Source: a virus
Taxonomy: Duplodnaviria > Caudoviricetes
Length of the DNA stretch: 37,820 nucleotides
Reading direction: 5' to 3' (one strand)
IMG/VR virus record: IMGVR_UViG_3300016263_000548
Coordinates: 1-37,820 of that record
Shown here one piece after another: positions 1-9,308 of the stretch (position 1 is its first letter; each line of letters begins with the position of its first letter). The position numbers and the translations under genes are program-made. The notes below the pieces were generated by a model. That model searched no databases. It worked only from the letters and a program-made list of their open reading frames with translations, and was not told the origin of the DNA.

Positions 1-333
1 GCTCTTCGTGCTGGCGATCTTCGCGAGTCCGTCACGGTTCAGGTCGCGACTGAGCAGACCAACGACTACGGCGAGACGACACTGACTTGGTCGGACTTCG
101 CCTCCCGTCGGGCGTCCATTCGGGGCATGCGAGTCGACGAGGTGATGAGTGCCCAGGAGCCTTACGCAGTCGCAACGCACGACGTCGAGTTTCGGTACGT
201 GCCAGGACTCAAGACTGGCATGAGGCTCATCTGGAACAGCCGCACCCCATCCAGAACTCTGGACGTGATTCAGATCACAGAAGGCGTGAACCGGGAGTCG
301 CACAGACTTGTCTGCAAGGAGCAAGTCTTGTGA
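1..333 (+). CDS. Phage head-tail adaptor/head closure protein (SPP1 gp16-like), 5' truncated
   Basis: Frame 1 is open from base 1: ALRAGDLRESVTVQ...NDYGE...W..FASRRASI...THDVEFRY...MRLIW...RLVCKE, the typical head-closure pattern; first gene of the tail cluster. Confidence 0.8.
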   Translation, partial: ALRAGDLRESVTVQVATEQTNDYGETTLTWSDFASRRASIRGMRVDEVMSAQEPYAVATHDVEFRYVPGLKTGMRLIWNSRTPSRTLDVIQITEGVNRESHRLVCKEQVL

Positions 334-743
334 TTACGGCCGAAATCCAGGGACTAGACGAACTCATCGAAGCAGTCCGCAAGATTCCCACGTCTATCGA
401 CCGCAAGTCTGTCTTCGAGGACGTCTCCCAGCAGTTCTCAGCCCGTCTTCGAGCAGCCACTCCAAAGGGATACAGCGGCAAACTGCGAGACTCGGTGGTC
501 TACTCCGCCGACGACGAGCAGGGCGAAGTTGGGTACGAGCAGGGCGTCGAGACTGCCGGAGACTCAAGTCTGGACAGCGTCATTCGCCCCAAGAGGCGAG
601 GCAAGTCTGTTCTGGCTCGAAACTGGGTCAAGCCGAGCGAACTGGAGGCTGTCCTTCAGGAGACGTTCGATGCTTATTCCTCTGATGGTGCCGTCCTTAT
701 GGAGACTCGCTTCGCCGAGGAGTTAACTCGTGGCCTATCCTGA
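330..743 (+). CDS. HK97 gp10-like tail completion protein
   Basis: GTG at 330 overlaps the previous stop (GTGA); EIQGLDEL...TPKGYSGKLRDSV resembles the HK97 gp10 pattern; synteny. Confidence 0.65.
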   Translation: MITAEIQGLDELIEAVRKIPTSIDRKSVFEDVSQQFSARLRAATPKGYSGKLRDSVVYSADDEQGEVGYEQGVETAGDSSLDSVIRPKRRGKSVLARNWVKPSELEAVLQETFDAYSSDGAVLMETRFAEELTRGLS

Positions 744-1137
744 AAAGTGGCTCCGGGCCAAGTTGGACGAAGCCACGACGGCCGGAATCCACCCCATTCT
801 GGCTCCTCAAAACGCCCCCTTCCCGCTGGTCGTGTACCGCAGGACCGGCACTCGCCGGGAGCGGAACATGGGAGGCAACGTCGGCAGGCCAATTGCCACG
901 TTTTCGGTCTCTATCGTGGCCGAGGGTTACAGCGAAGCAAAAGACATTGCCGAGGCGGTTCGCCTGAAAGTTGACAACTTTACGGGCGACTACTCCGGCC
1001 TGACAATTGTATTTACCTCGCTCGTGTCCGAGGCGGACAACATGGAACGTCCAAACGAAGGACAGGCGAAGCCACTGTATCGCGTCGATCAGGTTTACGA
1101 AGTTCGGTATCACGAAAACGTCCAAGGAGGGGCGTAA
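730..1137 (+). CDS. Tail terminator/tail completion protein (DUF3168-like)
   Basis: IHPILAPQNAPFPLVVY...YSEAKDIAEAVR motif; lies directly before the tail-tube genes. Confidence 0.7.
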   Translation: MAYPEKWLRAKLDEATTAGIHPILAPQNAPFPLVVYRRTGTRRERNMGGNVGRPIATFSVSIVAEGYSEAKDIAEAVRLKVDNFTGDYSGLTIVFTSLVSEADNMERPNEGQAKPLYRVDQVYEVRYHENVQGGA

Positions 1138-1140
1138 AAA

Positions 1141-1512
1141 ATGGCCTACGAATCCGCACAGGGCTTGTCGTTCACTTTCAGCGGCAAGACGTTCCTGCTC
1201 ACGAGCATCTCGTTCAACAAGAAGGTCGCCGAAATTGACGTCACCGACCTGAAGGCCTCGCACGGCTCGTATCGCTCCTATCGCGCTGCTCCGGTTCGGG
1301 ACGGCGACGAACTGTCGATCGAGTTCTACGGCATGGACTTCCCGCAGATGACTGCAACGGGCGTTCTGTCGTGGTCGATGGACGGGTCGGGCAGCAATTC
1401 GGCCCTGATCTCGTCTCTGCCGACGGTGGCCCTCTGCACGTCGTCTCAGTTGCAGGCTGCGGCCGGTGAACTGATCAAGGGCTCAGCCACGCTGCGAATC
1501 ACTTTGACTTGA
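1141..1512 (+). CDS. Putative tail tube protein (paralog 1)
   Basis: EIDVTDL and GELIKGSATLRIT motifs, beta-rich 123 aa, SD GGAGG, between terminator and chaperone. Confidence 0.65.
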   Translation: MAYESAQGLSFTFSGKTFLLTSISFNKKVAEIDVTDLKASHGSYRSYRAAPVRDGDELSIEFYGMDFPQMTATGVLSWSMDGSGSNSALISSLPTVALCTSSQLQAAAGELIKGSATLRITLT

Positions 1513-1515
1513 TGA

Positions 1516-1947
1516 ATGCCGTATATCTCGTCGCACGGCGCCACGTTTACGTGGGGCACGTTCACTTTTCAGATCACGTCGCTGCAAGTCGCTGCCAATG
1601 CGGGAAGTGACATCGACATCACGTCGATGTCTTCCGAGGTTGTCAGCGACCCAGCGAACACTGATCGAAAGATGGTCGTGCCTGACTACGACACGGCCGT
1701 GTCGGCGAGGTACGGCAGCGAGATGTCGATTGAGTTCTTTGCCAGCAGAGACATTACGGCAGCGAACTACTTCGACGTCGTGGGCTCGAAGAGAACATTC
1801 ACCCTGACGCTACCTCCGGGCGAAGGCACGGCGGCGTCAGGGACGTTCTCGATCAACAAAACGGCGATCCTGACTCAGATGAGTCTCGGAGCGGCCACCG
1901 GGGAGTATGTGAAGGGTTCGGCTTCGTTTCGTGTAACAGGAAGGTAA
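1516..1947 (+). CDS. Putative tail tube protein (paralog 2)
   Basis: Aligns end to end with paralog 1 (DIDITSM, MSIEFF, GEYVKGSASFRVT). Confidence 0.6.
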   Translation: MPYISSHGATFTWGTFTFQITSLQVAANAGSDIDITSMSSEVVSDPANTDRKMVVPDYDTAVSARYGSEMSIEFFASRDITAANYFDVVGSKRTFTLTLPPGEGTAASGTFSINKTAILTQMSLGAATGEYVKGSASFRVTGR

Positions 1948-1954
1948 TTTCCAC

Positions 1955-2299
1955 ATGGCTCTCAGTAAGGCTGCGATTCTCGCTGCGGACGATAAGAAGA
2001 TGGTCGACCACGACGTTCCCGAATGGGGCGGCGCGGTCAAACTCCGGGTGATGACGGGCACCGAGCGGGATCGCTTCGAGTCCGAGTTCGTCAACGGCAA
2101 CAAGAGCGTCGACATGGTGCGGGCGAAGTTGGTCGCCAAGTGCCTGTGCGACGAGAAAGGCGAGCGTCTCTTCACCGAGACCGAGATTCCCCAGTTGGGC
2201 GAGAAGTCCGCTGCGGTCCTTGACCGTCTCTTCGCCGAGTGCATGAAGTTGAACAGGTTCTCGAAAGAGGACGTGGACGACCTCGCAAAAAACTCCTAG
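1955..2299 (+). CDS. Tail assembly chaperone (lambda gpG-like)
   Basis: VPEWGG.V..R.MTG.ERD.FE...CLCDEKGERLF motif; slippery site just before its stop; upstream of the tape measure. Confidence 0.8.
   Translation: MALSKAAILAADDKKMVDHDVPEWGGAVKLRVMTGTERDRFESEFVNGNKSVDMVRAKLVAKCLCDEKGERLFTETEIPQLGEKSAAVLDRLFAECMKLNRFSKEDVDDLAKNS
2287..2293 (+). other. Programmed -1 ribosomal frameshift site A AAA AAC
   Basis: In-phase X XXY YYZ heptamer (GCA AAA AAC); the -1 frame is open to 2601. Confidence 0.8.
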
Positions 2300-2601
2300 A
2301 CCGTCCCCGCAGGCTGTTCGAGTTCCGGCTCGCGCTTGCGCTTGGACGGTCCCATGCCGAACTTCTCGCGTCGGTCGATGCGGCCGAACTCGCAGAATGG
2401 GAGGCATTTTGGACAATAGAACCATGGGGAGACGAGTGGCGAAGAACCGCTCGTCTCGCCACGGCTCTATGCACTGCCTGGGGCTGTAAGCGTCTGGAAG
2501 AGGAGATGCTCATGCCCAGCCACCGCAAGCGACAGCAGACCAAGGAAGAGATGCTGGGCGAATTGTGGAAGTTGGCCGCCGCTAACGGAGCGAGGGGCTG
2601 A
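2293..2601 (+). CDS. Tail assembly chaperone frameshift extension (gpT-like part of gpGT)
   Basis: -1 frame ORF LLDRPRRLFEFRLALALGRSHAELL...ELAEWEAFWTIEPWG, typical of gpT; no convincing start of its own. Confidence 0.75.
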   Translation, partial: LLDRPRRLFEFRLALALGRSHAELLASVDAAELAEWEAFWTIEPWGDEWRRTARLATALCTAWGCKRLEEEMLMPSHRKRQQTKEEMLGELWKLAAANGARG

Positions 2602-2603
2602 CC

Positions 2604-5600
2604 ATGGCGACGATTGGCAGTCTTTCTGTCGTTTTCAACGCAGACTCGTCTTCGCTCCTGTCCGGGGTCAGAGCAGCCGTTTCGTCCCTCGACACACTCG
2701 GCGAATCTATACGGGGCGTTCAAGACCGGCTTCGCGGGTTGTCCGACGTCGCGTCTGTGAGTGTGAGAGTTGAGGCGACTGGACTCGACGAAATCGAAGA
2801 GTCAGTGTCTTCGCTTGAGTCGGCGTCGAGGAACGCAAGAAGCGAAGCAGAAAACCTTGGCACGGCCATCGAGGGCACAGGACAGGCGACGGAGGGGGCT
2901 TCTGGCGCGATAGGCGCGTTCGCCAGAGAGGCCTCTGCGGCACTAACCGCAACCTCTGCGGACGCTGTGGCTGGCACTGAAGGCTTTGTTTCGATGCGAG
3001 ACTCGATTCTAGGTCTTCGCGATGTCGCGGCCGGAACACTGAACGCTGTGTCAGCAACTTCTGCCCAAGCGGCAGCGGCTGTCAGCGGGATGTCCGCTGC
3101 GTTTGGGTCACTCAGTGCCGACACTGCCATTGTCGCAGCAGGAAGAACGTACGACGCTTTTCAGAGCGTCGTTACGCTTTTCAGGGATACGATACCAAAC
3201 GCATACGTAGCCGCAGGCGCTGCGACTACCACGCTGTTATCGACGATGGGAGGTCTTTCGACCGTCGTCGGGGCTTTTGGCGGAAGCGCGGCAGCCGCGT
3301 CTATTGTTGTCGGCAGCCTGACGGCTACGCTCGCAAGCGCCGCCTCCGCCGTGCTGACTTATTCCGGCGTCATGGCCGTCGCTGAGGCGGCGTCGTCTGG
3401 CCTTAGCCAGGAGTCTCAGCAGTACGTCGAGCGAGCCGCAAGAGTTGCCGGAGTGATGCTCTCTGGCGCTGCTGCTGCGACCACTGCGGCAGGCGCGTTT
3501 CGGATTGTCGCCACTTCGATGTTTGCGGCCACGTCCGTCTCAGACGGACTGGCTCGCGTTCTACAGGGCCTGGGGGCGTCTGCGGCTGGCCTTGTCAGCC
3601 CTGTCGGAAGGATGCTGGCCGTTGTAAATGCGATCGTCGTTGGCTTTAGGCTCATGGACGCCGCAGCCGAAGGCAGTTCCTCTCGGATGCTGGCACTTGC
3701 GGCGAGGACGGCGACGACAACGGCAGCCGTCGGAGCCATTGGCGGCGTAATGACATCCGCAGCCGCCGGAACCTCCGTCACGGCTGGCGCCATCGGCGGA
3801 GCCGCCTCGGCGATTTCTGGTCTCGCAGCCGCGCTGCCCGCTTTTGCGGCAGCGGCCACGATCGCAAATGTTGCCTTTGCTGGAGTCGATGACAGCGCCG
3901 TTCAACTCAGGCAGCATATTGGTCAAGCAGCGCAGCAACTCGGCGATTTGTCGGACAGGTTTGGGCAGTCCGTGCAAGAGATGGAGAGGCTTCGGATCGC
4001 AGCGGCGAACGCCAACGTCTCGATCACTCTCGTAACGAGAGCCCAGCAAAACTTTGCTTCATCGCTGTCGAAGGTCAAGATCGGACAACTCGGAACCGAG
4101 CAAGCGCGCGAGGCCAAGGCTGCGTTCGACAGGCTCCGGATTTCGGCGGACGACTTATCCAGCGCAAGCCCCGAAGAAGTTTTCGATAGGGTTGCGAAGA
4201 AACTGTCCGAAGTCGAAGACCCGGCAAAGAAAACTCAATTGGCGATGGACCTTTTCGGGCGAACCGGCCCGGCGATTCTGCCCATGCTCAAGAGTATGGG
4301 AGGGCTCTCTGCCGAGATTGACAGGCTTGGCGGGCTGATTAGCGACATTGATTTCGAGCGATTCACAAATATGAATGCGTCGTTCGATCGCCTGCGAACG
4401 GCCTCCGGCGCTTTGTCTGACGACCTTCAGATTCCATTCACTCGAATGCAAGAGGCTGTCAACAATGCCGGCGCCGAGTTGCGAGGTGGATTTGCGCAAG
4501 TTATCGGCGCTATAGGCGAGATGATTGCTTACGCAACAACGCCAGTTGCGGTTCTCATTGAGATGTTCGCAAGAGTCGCCGGCACGCTGCTACGAATCGG
4601 CGCGGCTGTCTTGAAAATAGTGGCTGTTTTTCAGATTTTCGCCACTGTCGCAGCCGTGGCCGAGATTATTGGAGACCGATTTAACGACATGTGGTCGTAC
4701 GTCGAGGCCGCTGTCAAAGCATTTGAAAACTTTGCGTCTCTCGTAGAGGAGTACCTCGGCGACTCTGTTGAAGCCATCTTAGGCGTCGGCGAAGCGCTGA
4801 CAGATTTTCTGAATATCTTCACAAACCTTGCTGGCCTCGGAGATGTTTTTGGCCCCGTGACGGCGTCTATTCTTGGGGTTGCTGCGGCAATCACTTGGGC
4901 AATGGCTTCGTCCCAGGCTTGGTCTGCGGTGATGGCGACCACCGCTGGCACTGCGATTGCGTCTGCGGTTACCACCGCAGCGGCCTGGGTCGCGAACGCT
5001 GCCGCGATCGCCGTTGCCGTGACTGCCGCTGCCGTGGCGATCGGCGTGTATTACGTCGGAATGGTGCTTGCCGCAACGGCAACGACGATTGCCTCGTGCA
5101 TCGCAATGCACGTCGCGTGGCTGTTCGGGCTCGGCCCGATCGGACTGATCATTGCAGCAGTCGAACTTCTTGTCGCTGGAGTTGCAGTCTTGTGGGCGAC
5201 TGGCTCTGGGATTGTCGATTTCTTCTCCGGCTGGGGCGAGGGGCAAGAGAAGATCGACGGCGCTACCGCCAGCGTCGAAGAACTGGCGGCAGCAGTCGCC
5301 GAAAACGAAAGCAGTTCAGAGCCAGGATTCCTGAAAGACTTGGAAGAAGTTTCTCGCGCTGCGGGCGCAACCGAGGAGGACATCGCCGCCATAAAAGCAG
5401 CGGCATCGGAAGCCCTCAGCAGGATCGGCTTTGATATTGAAATAGGACCAGGCGCCGCCGAGGCGGCTGAGTCTATCCAGGCCGCACGAGACAGCATGGC
5501 GGGTCTATCGATCGAAGCGGCGAGGCTTGGGCAAGTTGGGGCCGACGCCGTCGTGTCGGCGAATGAAGAGTTCAGCGAACTGCAACGGCAACTCGCAACA

Positions 5601-7934
5601 GGGAAAATAAGCCTTGAGAAGTTCAATGAAGAAGCGGCGGTCATTGAGACGTCTCTAGCAGAAGGACTTGAAGCGGCCAAGAAGTCAAGCCCAGAAGAAA
5701 CTCTGAAGAAGAATCTCGACCTCTTCAAGCAACTCGACGACGCCGCCAAATCAGCCGCCAAGTCCGTGCGAGACATCGGCGCGGGTGTTCAGGTCGGCGA
5801 CAAGTTCTTTCCAAGGTCTGAGGAGATAAAGTCGCGAGCAAAGGCGTACGCCGACGAATACTCTGCCTCTCTTGACAGCATTAAGCGAAAACTCGCCACC
5901 GGCGGATTTCAGGAGGAACTCGACGCAAGGCGAAAGAAGAACGAAGAAGACTTTGCTTCCGGCGCGATTGACAAAAAGACTTTCGACAGAACGAAGCGGG
6001 AATTGGATACGACTTCCGCCCAAGAGCAGGCGTCGATTGCTGCCGAAGAAGTCCAGCGAGAACTGGATCGCAAAAACGCAAAACTCAAAGTTGATCTCGA
6101 TTTCGCCGACGGCATCCGCAAGAGCCTTGAGACTGCGTTTCTGACCCCAGTCGAGAAGTTCCAGAAGGAACTGAAGAAGATTCGCGACAACCCCGAGTTG
6201 ACGGCGTCGGAGAAAGACCAAGCCGAGTCAAACTTGCGACGCGAGACCCGCGAAGGCCTCATCGGAAAGACCGCCCAGACGCAACTGCAAGAGCGGAAGC
6301 GAGACCTGGACCAGGGTGTCGAGTCTGGGCTGATCTCACGCGAGCAGGCTGACTTCCAGGGCAAGAAAGCGCTCGACGACTTTGCCCAGGCACTGGGCGT
6401 CGTAAAGACTCCATTCGAGGAGTTTTCGACGTCCCTCGACGGCATCGCTGAAAAGTTCGGCTTCGTCGGCCAGCCTCTCGATGAGGTTCGGAAGAAACTT
6501 CAGGGAACGCCAGAGCAGTTGGCTCTCTTCGACAGGGCTGTCAAAGAGTCGAGAGACAAGTTGCTCGCGTCGCTCGGCATTGAAAAATCTCCCGAGCAAG
6601 TCTTCCAAGAGCAGATGAAGAAGATCGAGGAGGCCGCGAACTCGTCCGACCCAAACAAGCGAATCTCGGCAGAGCAGCGGCAGCAGGCCGAATCAGCGGC
6701 AAGGCGGCAGCGGGATAGGGCTCTTGGAGTCGGCGACGGAGTCGGCGAGCAGTTCGCCGAGCGACAGGCAAACATCAACGAGGCCTTCGGCGGCGGCAAG
6801 GACAACGCCCGTCTCGCGATCGCGAACAACGCCCTCGCGGCAGACAAGCGAGCAGCCGCTGGTCTTGATGCGGACCCTGTCCAGCAACTCAAGGCTGGGG
6901 CGGCGAAGATCGACGACGTTTTCAAGGTGACTGGCAAGTCTCTTGCAGAGATTCAGGCGACGCTGTCCCCAGAGGACTTTGCTCTCTATCAAGAGGCCCA
7001 AAAGAAGAATACGGAAAACATCAAGGCAAGCCTCGGCGTCGAAAAGAGCGGTGCGGCCCAGTTCGCCGAGGCTCGCCAGAAACTCACGAAGGCAGTCACA
7101 GACGGAGTCATCTCTCAGGACGAAGCAAACAAGGTTCTGAAGAACCAAAAAGACGCCCTGCTCCAGTCTCTCGGCATCTCGAAGTCTCCTTCTCAGGACT
7201 TCGCGGACGCGGTCGCGAAGATCAAAGAGAATGCGTCCGAACTTACGCCAGACGAGTTGCAGAAGGGCCTCAAGGAGGCAAAGGACAAACTGCTTCAGTC
7301 GCTCGGCATCGACAAGTCGCCAGCCGATGCTGCCGAAGAGTCGCTCAAGAAACTGCGAGAGGCTTTCAATAAGGGCCAGATCGGTCTGGATGAGTTCAAT
7401 AAGGGAACGCAGAAGGCGAAAGACGCTCTCTTGCAGTCTCTCGGCATCCCCCTTGATCCTGTCGTGCAACTCGGCGACCGGCTCGGCGACCTTCAGGAAG
7501 CGTTCGGGAAGGGCCTGATCACGCAGGAAGAGTTCACGCGAGGCCAAGAAGAAGCCCGGCGTGCCATGCTCCCTGGCGGAGAAGCAGAGAGCCCAGTCAA
7601 GAAGTTCGAGCGAGACCTCGACGCTGTGGACCGCGCCCTTCAGGAGGGTCTTATTGATCCTGCTGACGCAGACCAGCGCAAGAAAGTCCTCCAAGCCCAA
7701 CTCCAGGAAGACCTCAAGCCCGCCCTCGACCGCGTCGCTCCAGACCGTCGGGCGGTCGAGTCTGCCGACACCCGCAGCAAGGCGGGCGTGGACACGTTCT
7801 TCCGCATCCTGCGAGGGCAGGACAACCCTGGCCTCAAGGCTCAACTCGAAACGGCCCAGGCCACGAAGTTCCTCGCCCAGGCTGCGGCCCAGCCCGAGGC
7901 CGCCGAAGTCATCGCTCAACTTGCAGCCCGTTAG
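2604..7934 (+). CDS. Tail tape measure protein
   Basis: 1776 aa; MATIGSLSVVFNAD start; Ala-rich helical sequence, hydrophobic middle, C-terminal repeats; follows the chaperones. Confidence 0.9.
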   Translation: MATIGSLSVVFNADSSSLLSGVRAAVSSLDTLGESIRGVQDRLRGLSDVASVSVRVEATGLDEIEESVSSLESASRNARSEAENLGTAIEGTGQATEGASGAIGAFAREASAALTATSADAVAGTEGFVSMRDSILGLRDVAAGTLNAVSATSAQAAAAVSGMSAAFGSLSADTAIVAAGRTYDAFQSVVTLFRDTIPNAYVAAGAATTTLLSTMGGLSTVVGAFGGSAAAASIVVGSLTATLASAASAVLTYSGVMAVAEAASSGLSQESQQYVERAARVAGVMLSGAAAATTAAGAFRIVATSMFAATSVSDGLARVLQGLGASAAGLVSPVGRMLAVVNAIVVGFRLMDAAAEGSSSRMLALAARTATTTAAVGAIGGVMTSAAAGTSVTAGAIGGAASAISGLAAALPAFAAAATIANVAFAGVDDSAVQLRQHIGQAAQQLGDLSDRFGQSVQEMERLRIAAANANVSITLVTRAQQNFASSLSKVKIGQLGTEQAREAKAAFDRLRISADDLSSASPEEVFDRVAKKLSEVEDPAKKTQLAMDLFGRTGPAILPMLKSMGGLSAEIDRLGGLISDIDFERFTNMNASFDRLRTASGALSDDLQIPFTRMQEAVNNAGAELRGGFAQVIGAIGEMIAYATTPVAVLIEMFARVAGTLLRIGAAVLKIVAVFQIFATVAAVAEIIGDRFNDMWSYVEAAVKAFENFASLVEEYLGDSVEAILGVGEALTDFLNIFTNLAGLGDVFGPVTASILGVAAAITWAMASSQAWSAVMATTAGTAIASAVTTAAAWVANAAAIAVAVTAAAVAIGVYYVGMVLAATATTIASCIAMHVAWLFGLGPIGLIIAAVELLVAGVAVLWATGSGIVDFFSGWGEGQEKIDGATASVEELAAAVAENESSSEPGFLKDLEEVSRAAGATEEDIAAIKAAASEALSRIGFDIEIGPGAAEAAESIQAARDSMAGLSIEAARLGQVGADAVVSANEEFSELQRQLATGKISLEKFNEEAAVIETSLAEGLEAAKKSSPEETLKKNLDLFKQLDDAAKSAAKSVRDIGAGVQVGDKFFPRSEEIKSRAKAYADEYSASLDSIKRKLATGGFQEELDARRKKNEEDFASGAIDKKTFDRTKRELDTTSAQEQASIAAEEVQRELDRKNAKLKVDLDFADGIRKSLETAFLTPVEKFQKELKKIRDNPELTASEKDQAESNLRRETREGLIGKTAQTQLQERKRDLDQGVESGLISREQADFQGKKALDDFAQALGVVKTPFEEFSTSLDGIAEKFGFVGQPLDEVRKKLQGTPEQLALFDRAVKESRDKLLASLGIEKSPEQVFQEQMKKIEEAANSSDPNKRISAEQRQQAESAARRQRDRALGVGDGVGEQFAERQANINEAFGGGKDNARLAIANNALAADKRAAAGLDADPVQQLKAGAAKIDDVFKVTGKSLAEIQATLSPEDFALYQEAQKKNTENIKASLGVEKSGAAQFAEARQKLTKAVTDGVISQDEANKVLKNQKDALLQSLGISKSPSQDFADAVAKIKENASELTPDELQKGLKEAKDKLLQSLGIDKSPADAAEESLKKLREAFNKGQIGLDEFNKGTQKAKDALLQSLGIPLDPVVQLGDRLGDLQEAFGKGLITQEEFTRGQEEARRAMLPGGEAESPVKKFERDLDAVDRALQEGLIDPADADQRKKVLQAQLQEDLKPALDRVAPDRRAVESADTRSKAGVDTFFRILRGQDNPGLKAQLETAQATKFLAQAAAQPEAAEVIAQLAAR

Positions 7935-7949
7935 TACGGATACGCTTCT

Positions 7950-8930
7950 ATGCCAGAGCCAAACTCAGTCGGCCCGCCGTGGTCAAATCCGCTGCTCACT
8001 GACGTGACAGACTGCCGCGAACTCTTTCGTGGCAAGTCTCGCCAGGCGGGCATCGACGGGAATCCGACATACACCAGAATCTTTCTTGTCCGAGTCAAGA
8101 CAGTCAATCCAGACCTGGCGCAGGTTGCTTCTGCTCCTGGGATCAACTGGCGTGACGTTTATCCAGACGACGCCAATGCGTACCTCGTCGAGTCCAGTAC
8201 GCAGCAAGAAGGCGACTCGGCGTTCCATTACAAGGTCACGTACCAGTACAAGTATCTCGACGAGTCCGAGAAGATACCGTGGCAGCGTCCGCCGCAGTTT
8301 TCGTTCTCCGGCTCGCTGGCTTCGGCTCCGTGCTTCTGGCATTACCCAAACTCGGGAGACAACGAAACCAAGCAGATCATCGTCAACACTGCCAAAGACC
8401 CGCTGTCTGGGCTCGATCGCGACGAAGGCGAGTTCAACGTCACCATCTCGTACAACCAGAAGCCGCCGTTTGATTACGCCAAGGCGCAACTCTACGTAGG
8501 CGCAATCAACTCAGATACATGGAGCGGAGGCCAGCCCAAGACTTGGAAGTGCCAGAGCATCACGGCGAACCGCAAGATCGAGACTATTCCTGGCGTGAAC
8601 CCAAGCACAGACCCGCCAGTCAGAGTCGTGTACTACGAGACTTCTGTCTCGATCGCTTACAGGAACACGGGCTGGGACTTGCAGACTTGGAACGTCGGAT
8701 TTAATGAACTCAAAGGCGGCAAGCGAGTGAAGATTCTCGCTGGCAGCGAGCCAGTCAGCGAGCCTGCCGCCCTGAACTCCAACGGCACTCAGAAGACTCC
8801 CGGCCAGCCACCAGACATGCTGACGTTCCGCATCTACAGGACGCTGCCGTTTGTGGGAACTTTTCACAAATTGCCCAGCGATATCTTGGCTGGCTGGCCG
8901 TACACAGAACCGGCGTTCCCGGTTACGTAA
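7950..8930 (+). CDS. Putative tail tip (distal tail/hub) protein
   Basis: 326-aa beta-rich ORF directly after the tape measure; function inferred from position only. Confidence 0.5.
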   Translation: MPEPNSVGPPWSNPLLTDVTDCRELFRGKSRQAGIDGNPTYTRIFLVRVKTVNPDLAQVASAPGINWRDVYPDDANAYLVESSTQQEGDSAFHYKVTYQYKYLDESEKIPWQRPPQFSFSGSLASAPCFWHYPNSGDNETKQIIVNTAKDPLSGLDRDEGEFNVTISYNQKPPFDYAKAQLYVGAINSDTWSGGQPKTWKCQSITANRKIETIPGVNPSTDPPVRVVYYETSVSIAYRNTGWDLQTWNVGFNELKGGKRVKILAGSEPVSEPAALNSNGTQKTPGQPPDMLTFRIYRTLPFVGTFHKLPSDILAGWPYTEPAFPVT

Positions 8931-8931
8931 C

Positions 8932-9306
8932 ATGCTCAACATCAGTCAGTTCAAGAAAAAAACTCCGGCGAACAAGACTGAGCAAGTCGTCCAGTTTCGC
9001 CACAAAGACGCGCAGCGAATTGCATCCGCAGTTCACGCACACGAGACCGCGAGACGTGGTCGCAACCCAAGCACGCTCCCGCGAGCCGCTGGCGGCGGCG
9101 GCGGCGGCGCGTTCGCGACGGCAAGGTTCACCGGCGCTTGGAGTAAAGACACCCTAAAGACCGTCACGTTCATTGCGGACACTGCCGCCACGGCGGTCGC
9201 CAGCAACATCTTCTCGAACATCGCCGCGCCGCCGGGGGGCGGCTCTCGCCGTTGCGGCTTGGCCCTGGAGGGCACGACTTGGATTCTCATTTCCGCTGAG
9301 TGCTAG
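8932..9306 (+). CDS. Putative minor tail protein
   Basis: ATG 1 nt after the previous stop; Gly linker; C-terminal WILISAEC; function from position only. Confidence 0.5.
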   Translation: MLNISQFKKKTPANKTEQVVQFRHKDAQRIASAVHAHETARRGRNPSTLPRAAGGGGGGAFATARFTGAWSKDTLKTVTFIADTAATAVASNIFSNIAAPPGGGSRRCGLALEGTTWILISAEC

Positions 9307-9308
9307 TA

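Noticed and set aside
87-329. Upstream extension of the gp10-like ORF from TTG 87
   Set aside because: It overlaps the head-tail adaptor gene; GTG 330 with GTGA coupling is the plausible start.
6693-7919. Long minus-strand ORFs (e.g. 6693-7919, 23052-23834, 24114-25019, 35853-37163) and plus-strand 17889-18842
   Set aside because: Antisense shadows of GC3-biased genes; no motifs or RBS.
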